A program made the translations under genes and the position numbers. 43,333 nucleotides of DNA from Chloroflexota bacterium (GTDB lineage: Bacteria; Chloroflexota; UBA5177): the NCBI GenBank assembly GCA_050695395.1, contig JBOGSL010000155.1:1-43333 (forward strand), written 5' to 3'. Below are positions 33,968-40,798 of this stretch, piece by piece; position 1 is the first letter of the stretch; each line of letters begins with the position of its first letter. The notes beneath the pieces were generated by a model. It saw only the letters and a list, made by a program, of their open reading frames with translations. It did not search any database and was not told the origin of the DNA.

Positions 33968-34738
33968 TTACAGATGTTTGATTGCCACGACTTGTCCGGT
34001 TCCCAGAACGATCAATGGGACGTCGCGCGAATCAAAGAACTCATCCACACTTTGTCGCGTGGATCTTCGAAAGCGGTACAGGCCGTATTCGTTAATCATA
34101 ATAGCCCCTCCGGCCTTGAGCCGCGGCCAGAACCACTCCAGGCACACCCGAGTGGCCTCGTAGGATACGACGTTGACGTGCACGAACGCGTACTCGTCGA
34201 TGTCAGCCACTTCTTCCAGCGTGTTTGGAATCACCCCGGGGTGAAAGACAGCAAAATCGAATGGTGCCAGACGGGCTTCGACCTGGGCGAGGCTCGCGGC
34301 AAAATCACCCGGCTCGGCCGCGTCCCGTTCTGGGACGGTTGTTTCCCGCGGCATGCCCGTGAATGTATCAAACAGGTGGAGGTTGCGCGGCTTGCCGTCT
34401 GCCTCAATGAGCAGCGAGAGCAAGTGCGCGCTTCCACCGGTCGCCACGCCGCACTCGGCCACGTCGCCCGTTATGGCCGCGGACGTTTTGAAGAATTGAT
34501 AAAGCATGTAGCCGTGCGGCTGCTCCCACAGGACGTGCCCGGAACGGTGCACAGTATCCCATGAACGGTGAAACTCTCCGGCCGGGTCGTACCACGGCGC
34601 ATAGACACGGCGACCGTACGGAACGCTTACCGGGTACGCGTGATTCCTGTACCAGCGTCGCTCGATGAGCTTCAGCCCTCTGTACCACGGAGTGCGAAGA
34701 ACCCCGCTAATGCCGGACTTGCCCGGAACTACACTCAT
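33968..34738 (-). CDS. TylF/NovP/MycF-like (macrocin-O-methyltransferase family) methyltransferase
   Basis: The ATG at 34738 overlaps the ATP-grasp stop (ATGA), with GGGGGAGG upstream. Motifs are GDVAECGVATGGSAHLL, LHLFDTFTGMP and KAGGAIMINEYG. The upstream 171 codons of the 427-aa ORF overlap the ATP-grasp gene and were discarded. Confidence 0.75.
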   Translation of the reverse strand: MSVVPGKSGISGVLRTPWYRGLKLIERRWYRNHAYPVSVPYGRRVYAPWYDPAGEFHRSWDTVHRSGHVLWEQPHGYMLYQFFKTSAAITGDVAECGVATGGSAHLLSLLIEADGKPRNLHLFDTFTGMPRETTVPERDAAEPGDFAASLAQVEARLAPFDFAVFHPGVIPNTLEEVADIDEYAFVHVNVVSYEATRVCLEWFWPRLKAGGAIMINEYGLYRFRRSTRQSVDEFFDSRDVPLIVLGTGQVVAIKHL

Positions 34739-35988
34739 GCTTGAACCTCCCCCTCGCGAGCGCGGAACCGGGCCGCCCCGTCGCGCGATATGCCAACAGA
34801 AGAACGTTTCCTCCGCTTTCGATCGCCACCTCGCCGAATCGAAGCGGAAGCCATGCGCCAGAAGGGCTTCATGTCGTCCGCCGCGAACCAGCAGCACTCC
34901 CTCACGCCCCGTAACGAACGCACCCACGCGCCCACTCCGAGGTTGCTGGTGCGCATGTGGTGCAAGGATGACACGACATCGAACGGCTCCATGAGCCACT
35001 TGCGACCGTCCGACATCACTCCGGCCGGCACCTGCTGGCCCGTGAGATCGAGGTACATCGCTCGGGCAACGTCCGTCCCCGACGAGTCGACAAAGAGGCG
35101 GAAGGTGGCACCGATTCGCGGATTGACGTCGAGCAGCTTGTAGCGCCCGTCCCGTCGATCGTACTTGAAGCCGATGTCGAGTATACCCCGGTATCCCACG
35201 TCCTTCATGAATCGCTCGGTCCGGCGGCTGACCGTGTCGTTTGCCTGGCATACCCCGAGGCTGGTCACGCCGCCCTGACTGGGAAACTCGCGCAGCTTTC
35301 GACCGGTCCCCCCGAAGAGGCAGCGCGAGTCGTCATTGAAGTATCCGTTGAACATCCAGATATCCTGTGAGTCGCCGGGGACGTACTCCTGCAGCATTAC
35401 ACTCGGCCGGCCAGGCGTCTCCAGCGCATCGTACTGCGTCAGCAGGGACTCCGGGTCACCGGCCAGAACCATGGCTACCCCGGTTCGCCTCTTGAGCGCC
35501 GCGGTGTCGATACCTTTGAGCATCACGGGAAATCCCGCGTGCCGTGAGAATTCTTCAACCTGGCCTCGGTTTTCCGGAAAGACCGTCGATGCCGTCGGCA
35601 CGTCGTGTTCCTGACAGAGCCTGTACATCGTTCTCTTGTTGGACAGACGGTCGGCTAAATCTGGCGGCTGAGCCGGGAAGAGGAACGTATCGCAAAGCAT
35701 CCGAGCGTTGCTGGACACGAACAAAGCGCCGCGATCGTCCGTCGGAATCAGGAGCGGCTGTCCCCCCACCCGCTCGCCCAGGCGCACGAGCCATTCCACT
35801 GATTCGGGTTCCGCCCTTGCCCGGAAGTCCCAGCAGTGGCTCTGAATCCAGAAGCGCGAACGAGCGACGGGCGAGCGCATGTCATCGTGAACGCCGATGA
35901 CCGGGACGCCGAGCCGCCCGAGACTCCGCGCTATGCCGTGGCCCACGCCGCTGCCGGCCAGCACCACCACCGGCTTCGAGACATCCAA
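34735..35988 (-). CDS. ATP-grasp carboxylate-amine ligase (COG3919-type predicted ATP-grasp enzyme)
   Basis: KPVVVLAGSGVGHGIARSLGRLGVPVIGVHD..., FPVMLKG, MLQEYVPG and LLDVNPRIGATF. TTG start at 35988, 8 nt after the comB stop. Confidence 0.75.
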   Translation of the reverse strand: MDVSKPVVVLAGSGVGHGIARSLGRLGVPVIGVHDDMRSPVARSRFWIQSHCWDFRARAEPESVEWLVRLGERVGGQPLLIPTDDRGALFVSSNARMLCDTFLFPAQPPDLADRLSNKRTMYRLCQEHDVPTASTVFPENRGQVEEFSRHAGFPVMLKGIDTAALKRRTGVAMVLAGDPESLLTQYDALETPGRPSVMLQEYVPGDSQDIWMFNGYFNDDSRCLFGGTGRKLREFPSQGGVTSLGVCQANDTVSRRTERFMKDVGYRGILDIGFKYDRRDGRYKLLDVNPRIGATFRLFVDSSGTDVARAMYLDLTGQQVPAGVMSDGRKWLMEPFDVVSSLHHMRTSNLGVGAWVRSLRGVRECCWFAADDMKPFWRMASASIRRGGDRKRRKRSSVGISRDGAARFRAREGEVQA

Positions 35989-35996
35989 CTGAGTGT

Positions 35997-36758
35997 CTAT
36001 CCCGCTGCCTCGACTGCCGTGGCCGATAACTCGAGATCCGCCCGCGTGCCGATCGCTGTGATCTCGCCCCGTTGGTATCGATAAACACCGGACAGGTCGT
36101 TGATGTGCGTAAGAACGAACTCGAGATCAGCATCCTGGCCGCTGCGGCGAAGATACTCCGCGCTCTTCCCGCCCAGGATCGCCTCGACCGGAGCCTCCGC
36201 CCAGCGGTCGATCACGGCGCGAGTCTGTTCATTCACCGGCTGGTATCCGGCCTCGAGCAGTCCCGCCGCCACGAGAGCACAGCCAAGTTGGTCCTCTTCG
36301 CGGAACTCGGCCCGCGATCCCGCTCCGATAATCGCGACCCTGGGGTGGCGATCGACGAGATATTCGATCTGAGCGCTGTAGTTGCGCAGACATGCGACAT
36401 ACATGGCCTGCGACTCGGCGGCGTTGCAGATGAGCTGAGTTCCCGAGGTGGAGAGCAGAATCATGGGCCGGTCTATGTCGCTTCGACGAGCGACCTGGGC
36501 CGGGCTGTTGGTGATATGGAACCCGTACGGCATATTGCCGCCCAGTTCTCCCGCCAGCAGCGGATAGTTGAGCCAGGCCGCCACGGGCACCGCCGCCTCG
36601 AGCGACGGGACCGGAAAGCAGCGGCGTCCCAAATCAACGGCCGTAACGGCTGTCGTGGTAGCGCGGATGACATCGATGGCCACAACGGCGTATCCGCCGG
36701 CGTACGACGAGACACTTTCGGGGAAACAGTCAATGGCGACCAGGCGAGGCACCGACAC
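35997..36758 (-). CDS. comB: 2-phosphosulfolactate phosphatase (ComB family)
   Basis: VVAIDVIRATTTAVTA, LAGELGGNMPYGFHITNSP and LLSTSGTQ match ComB-family signatures. The GTG start lies 1 nt after the comA stop. Confidence 0.8.
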   Translation of the reverse strand: MSVPRLVAIDCFPESVSSYAGGYAVVAIDVIRATTTAVTAVDLGRRCFPVPSLEAAVPVAAWLNYPLLAGELGGNMPYGFHITNSPAQVARRSDIDRPMILLSTSGTQLICNAAESQAMYVACLRNYSAQIEYLVDRHPRVAIIGAGSRAEFREEDQLGCALVAAGLLEAGYQPVNEQTRAVIDRWAEAPVEAILGGKSAEYLRRSGQDADLEFVLTHINDLSGVYRYQRGEITAIGTRADLELSATAVEAAG

Positions 36759-36759
36759 G

Positions 36760-37569
36760 CTACGCCCTATCCGCTCGCGGCCGCAGATTTGGCTTGGCGA
36801 AAGCGTCGGAATGTAGGCCGCGTCGGTAGATCTCGACTCTCAGTAGCTCCTCTAACCGGACGTTACAGAGCTGCACTTGATTGCCGAAGTGATCGAGCAG
36901 GGCGAACTGGCTGGGCTTGTTGGGGGCCTCGAACATCACGGTGTCGAGCCCAAACGCCCCGGCGAATCGATCGGCGAAGGCCGGATTAAAGTGGCCGCTG
37001 TCGTCGAAAAGTCCCACACCCTGCGCACTTTCCCGCGCCTCGACCACGAGCCGCTTCGCTCCCGCCTCCAGCCAGCTGTAACCTTGCTGGATTAGCTCGT
37101 TGACCGTTTCGTCCACGAACGGTCCGGTGTGTTTTTTGCCCAGCTCGAACTGAACCTCGAGGCCACGCTCTGATGCCATTCCGATGATCTTGTTGGGGTC
37201 CAGAGCCACATCGGTGAAACCCTCGCCGCACTCGATTCCCGCAGCACCCACATCTGCGCATAGATCGAGGTAAGCCTCGAGCTCACCTTGGGTCACTGCG
37301 ACCTCGAACGGTCCGCCGCCAGTGCAGGTGGCCACGCCGTGCTCTCGAGCGGCGGCGAACTTGCGCCGCGTCGCAGCTTCGTCCGCCACCAGCCAACAGG
37401 CCATAGAGATCTTCAGCGATGACATCAGGTGTGCACTCTGGTCTAGATGGCTCTCCAGCGTCACAGGGTCGTACCCCGGATCGAAGGGGCTGGTCAGAGG
37501 CTGCAAATCCGGAACACCAATGCGATGCAGGTAATCACGAGTGGTGGGGCGACTGGCAATATCGGTCAT
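36760..37569 (-). CDS. comA: (2R)-phospho-3-sulfolactate synthase (ComA family)
   Basis: ATG at 37569 with AAGGA upstream. VVEARESAQGVGLFDDSG and VMFEAPNKPSQFALLDHFGNQVQLCNVRLEELLRVEIYRRGLHSDAF closely parallel methanogen ComA as I recall it (IIEGRESGKSIGLFDKEG and VIFEAPQKSQQVAFILKFG...LETLRRGLRGDTF). Confidence 0.85.
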   Translation of the reverse strand: MTDIASRPTTRDYLHRIGVPDLQPLTSPFDPGYDPVTLESHLDQSAHLMSSLKISMACWLVADEAATRRKFAAAREHGVATCTGGGPFEVAVTQGELEAYLDLCADVGAAGIECGEGFTDVALDPNKIIGMASERGLEVQFELGKKHTGPFVDETVNELIQQGYSWLEAGAKRLVVEARESAQGVGLFDDSGHFNPAFADRFAGAFGLDTVMFEAPNKPSQFALLDHFGNQVQLCNVRLEELLRVEIYRRGLHSDAFAKPNLRPRADRA

Positions 37570-37619
37570 AGAAACGTCCTTCTCGCTAAAGCTGCGACAC
37601 CTTCTCGCAACGTGGGGAG

Positions 37620-37648
37620 AGCATAGCACGGAAGCAGGATGACGGCAA
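37620..37648 (-). promoter_or_regulatory. Candidate sigma70-type promoter of the comA operon: -35 TTGCCG, 17-nt spacer, -10 TATGCT
   Basis: The minus strand reads TTGCCG(37648-37643)-17 nt-TATGCT(37625-37620), about 50 nt upstream of the comA ATG. This is a pattern match only. Confidence 0.3.
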
Positions 37649-37898
37649 TGGGTGCCGACATGAGCGCCGAGGGAAAGTCGTCGAGGCTGTATGTGAGGAG
37701 AGGCGATGCAATGCGTCTGACCATTGACCAGGGATCCAGTTGCGCCGTAAAAATGTCGCCCGGAAACCTAGTGCGGACGAATCGCGAAGAGACGGCCGCC
37801 GCGCCGACGCCGAGGTCTCGCCTCCTCGCCCGCGGACGGCCGCACGCCGCAGCCGACACCAGGGGTCGCATTCTCGGCCAGGTGACGGCGAACGGCTC

Positions 37899-38378
37899 CT
37901 AGCGGTTAAAGAGTTCCTTAGCGGCGATGGCTGTGATGCCGGACAAGGCTGCTCGCGCCACCGGATTGCCTCCCGACCCGGCGGATTGACCAAGGAGCTG
38001 GCCGAGGATCCCGGGTTGCTGCTGATGTAGCTGGCCTGTCAACTGGGTGAGGAAACCGGGATCTTGAAGCTTCTGGCTGCTTGCTCCGTTCAGAGTCTGC
38101 TGGTACTGGGCGCCGCCGTGCTTTCCCCCGCCGGTCTGGTTCTGCAGCCACTGGCCGAACTGCGCGCGTTGCTGCGGAGTCATATTCTGGTAGGACTTCT
38201 TCGCCGCGTTCTCCCATCTGTCCTGCGGCAATTGTGCCGCGACGTTGCTGTAGTGCTTCGCAACTTCTTGGTCGGAACAGTTTTGGGCAGCGTGGCCGGA
38301 CTCGTACTGCTGCACGAAGTTCTGCAGGGACTGCTTCTGCTCGCCACTTCCAAGCAGCGTTTCCGCTAGCTGTTCCAT
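37899..38378 (-). CDS. Gln-rich hypothetical protein
   Basis: ATG at 38378 preceded by GAGGAGGAAG. The 159-aa product is Q/G-rich (QQYESGHAAQN..., QFGQWLQNQTGGGKHGGAQYQQTLNG..., LGQLLGQSAGSGGNP). No family was recognised. Confidence 0.6.
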   Translation of the reverse strand: MEQLAETLLGSGEQKQSLQNFVQQYESGHAAQNCSDQEVAKHYSNVAAQLPQDRWENAAKKSYQNMTPQQRAQFGQWLQNQTGGGKHGGAQYQQTLNGASSQKLQDPGFLTQLTGQLHQQQPGILGQLLGQSAGSGGNPVARAALSGITAIAAKELFNR

Positions 38379-38527
38379 TTCTTCCTCCTCTTGGCGCTAT
38401 CGAGGAACACGCAAGACCCGTGCCCCCGGGTCGGCCAGGGCATTGGACCGGCGCGGCCGTCTGAAGGCAGGGCCGTTGTTGGTTGCTGGATTGACAGTCA
38501 CCGCGCGGCGGTGTAAGGTGCCCGTAG

Positions 38528-39796
38528 ATGCTTGGCGGAGACGTGTCGGCCCGGACCGGCCTGGGGGAGCGCGAAGTGCGAGAGGCGGCGAGGCCGCTGG
38601 TCAGCCATGTGATCACGCTGGGTGATCCGATGACGGGTGCCCAGCTCAACACTCTGACTTGCTTGCAAAAAACCCAGGCGCGGTATGGTGTCGAGCTCGT
38701 GATGGGTTGCGATGGACCGATGCGCCAGGCCTGTCACGACAGAGGGATTCGCGCGTTGGTCATCCCATTCAAAAACACGATGCTTGCTCCGTTCGCCGAT
38801 ATTCGCGCCATCGTAGCCCTTATTCGCCACTTCCGCCGTGTCCATCCCGAGATTGTGCAGACGCACTCCAGTAAAGCCGGCGTGCTGGGAAGGATTGCGG
38901 CGCGTCTCGCCGGTGTCCCGATCGTCGTCCATACCTGGCACGGCCCGTCCTTTCATGAGACGCAGCCCCCAATAGTGCAGTTTGTGCTCCGCTCGCTTGA
39001 GCGATTGCTGAGCGGCCTCACCGACTTTCACGTCTGCGTGGCGGATACGTTGCGCGCCGATCTGATCGACTCAAAAATTGCGGTGCCTGAACGGATCGCC
39101 ACGGTACGTAGCGGCATTCGAGCCGAACCGTTCCGAACACATCGAGCAGACGCCCGCCGAGAGATTCGACGCGAGCTCAATATATCGGCGGAGGCGCCGG
39201 TGATTATCAGCGTTGGAACGTTGCAAGCCAATAAGGCTCATCACCTGCTGATCGAAGCTGCACGGAGGCTGCTGCACCGCTATCCTGACTCTCGCTTCCT
39301 TATTGCCGGGCCGGCCGTGATGCTTGAGTCCGAGGTCCCGGGCGACCTTCAGCGACGAATCGACCAGGCCGCCATTGGAGATCGAGTCCAGCTCCTGGGA
39401 TCGCGCCAGGATGTGCCGTCGCTGTTGGCGGCTTCGGACATCTTTGTTCTCACGTCATGGCGCGAAGGGTTGCCTCGATCCGTCATCGAGGCCTTATGCA
39501 GCGGGCTGCCCGTCATAGCCACCGACACGGGTTCCACACGAGACGTCGTTGTGGAAGGAGGCAACGGATTTCTCATCGGTCCAGGAGATGTCGATGCTTT
39601 GACCGATCGACTGGAGAGGCTGCTGGCTGATAAACCATTGCGGGGGGATATGGCGGCTCAAGCGTCGCGCTTTGATGCGACGAGTTGGAGCCCGGACGAG
39701 ATCGGAAAGACATACGTCGCGCTGTACCAACACCTTTTAGAACACGCAGCACCAAGCGGCGACATCCGCATGGGTGCGTCGCAGGGGGAGGCTTGA
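38528..39796 (+). CDS. Glycosyltransferase family 4 (GT-B)
   Basis: HVITLGDPMTGAQ..., IVQTHSSKAGVLGR and REGLPRSVIEALCSGLPVIATDTGSTRDVVVEGGNGFLI. The start is uncertain (ATG 38528 or GTG 38576). Confidence 0.85.
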   Translation: MLGGDVSARTGLGEREVREAARPLVSHVITLGDPMTGAQLNTLTCLQKTQARYGVELVMGCDGPMRQACHDRGIRALVIPFKNTMLAPFADIRAIVALIRHFRRVHPEIVQTHSSKAGVLGRIAARLAGVPIVVHTWHGPSFHETQPPIVQFVLRSLERLLSGLTDFHVCVADTLRADLIDSKIAVPERIATVRSGIRAEPFRTHRADARREIRRELNISAEAPVIISVGTLQANKAHHLLIEAARRLLHRYPDSRFLIAGPAVMLESEVPGDLQRRIDQAAIGDRVQLLGSRQDVPSLLAASDIFVLTSWREGLPRSVIEALCSGLPVIATDTGSTRDVVVEGGNGFLIGPGDVDALTDRLERLLADKPLRGDMAAQASRFDATSWSPDEIGKTYVALYQHLLEHAAPSGDIRMGASQGEA

Positions 39797-39797
39797 A

Positions 39798-40790
39798 GTG
39801 GTAAGGACATATCTGGTCACGGGGGCGGCTGGGTTTATTGGCAGTCACGTGGCAGAGGGCCTGTTGCGACGCGGGGATCGCGTCGTCGGACTCGATAATT
39901 TGAACGATTACTATAGCCCGGTGCGGAAGCGCGCCAATCTTCTCGAGGTGCAGAGCGGCGCACCCGATTCATTCCAGTTCGTTCAGGGCGACGTTCGCGA
40001 CTCGGGTCTGGTGAACGAACTGTTCGCTCAGGAAAACTTCTCGGCGGTGATCCATCTGGCCGCCATGGCCGGAGTGCGGGCTTCGTTGGAGGATCCGTTT
40101 CTCTATTACGACGTCAACGTCATCGGCACCTTGACCTTGCTCGAGGCCGCCCGTACCTATCACCCCAATTTTGTCTTCGCGTCTACTTCGTCCGTGTACG
40201 GCCGCACCGACAGGATTCCTTTTGTCGAAGACGACGTCTGCGATCGTCCCCTGGCTCCGTACTCCGCCAGCAAACGGGCCGCCGAGCTGCTGTGCTTCAG
40301 CTACCATCATTTGTACCGCCAGAGCGCTACCATTCTTCGCTTCTTCTCCGTGTACGGGCCCCGCGGTCGTCCCGATATGATGGCTTACAAGGTGGCGGAG
40401 AGCACATGTTCGGGGCTCCCGGTCCCGCTATATCGAGGCGGTCAGATGTACCGGGATTGGACATACGTTGACGACATCGTTCAGGGCGTTGTCGCGGCCG
40501 CGGACCGCCGTCTGGGTTACGAGATTATCAACCTGGGGGCCGGCCGGCCCGTCTTGCTGGCGGACTTCGTGGCCCAGCTCGAGACACTGTCCGGGCGAAA
40601 GGCGAATCTCGAGACGGCTACGATGCCCGATGCCGATATTGAGTACACCTACGCCGATATCAGCAAGGCGCGTGAGCTCCTGGATTATGAACCCACCATG
40701 CTTGTAGACCAGGGCGTCCCCGCCTTCTGGCGGTGGTACGCGGGCAGCGCGATCCAGGAGCCGGTCGTTGCAGCCGGCTCGGGCGTCTGA
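39798..40790 (+). CDS. NAD-dependent nucleotide-sugar 4-epimerase (UDP-glucuronate / UDP-GlcNAcA 4-epimerase-like SDR)
   Basis: GTG at 39798 with GGGGGAGG 6 nt upstream. VTGAAGFIGSH Rossmann motif and YSASKRAAE (YxxxK). Confidence 0.85.
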   Translation: MVRTYLVTGAAGFIGSHVAEGLLRRGDRVVGLDNLNDYYSPVRKRANLLEVQSGAPDSFQFVQGDVRDSGLVNELFAQENFSAVIHLAAMAGVRASLEDPFLYYDVNVIGTLTLLEAARTYHPNFVFASTSSVYGRTDRIPFVEDDVCDRPLAPYSASKRAAELLCFSYHHLYRQSATILRFFSVYGPRGRPDMMAYKVAESTCSGLPVPLYRGGQMYRDWTYVDDIVQGVVAAADRRLGYEIINLGAGRPVLLADFVAQLETLSGRKANLETATMPDADIEYTYADISKARELLDYEPTMLVDQGVPAFWRWYAGSAIQEPVVAAGSGV

Positions 40791-40798
40791 CGCCCGTG

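Noticed and set aside
34739-35251. N-terminal 171 codons of the 427-aa minus ORF (33968-35251)
   Set aside because: This Arg/Gly-rich shadow frame overlaps the ATP-grasp gene. TylF-like similarity starts at the ATG at 34738, which has a strong SD site and ATGA coupling.
36072-36989. 305-aa plus-strand ORF opposite comB/comA
   Set aside because: It is an antisense shadow. The minus-strand frames carry clear ComA and ComB family signatures.
37639-37902. 87-aa plus ORF in the comA upstream region
   Set aside because: It is antisense to the likely comA leader and promoter, has no SD site and has Arg/Ala-rich composition typical of spurious GC-rich ORFs.
37918-39031. Minus ORFs 37918-38652 (244 aa) and 38498-39031 (177 aa)
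   Set aside because: They are shifted or antisense frames of the Gln-rich gene and the GT4 gene. No motifs were found.
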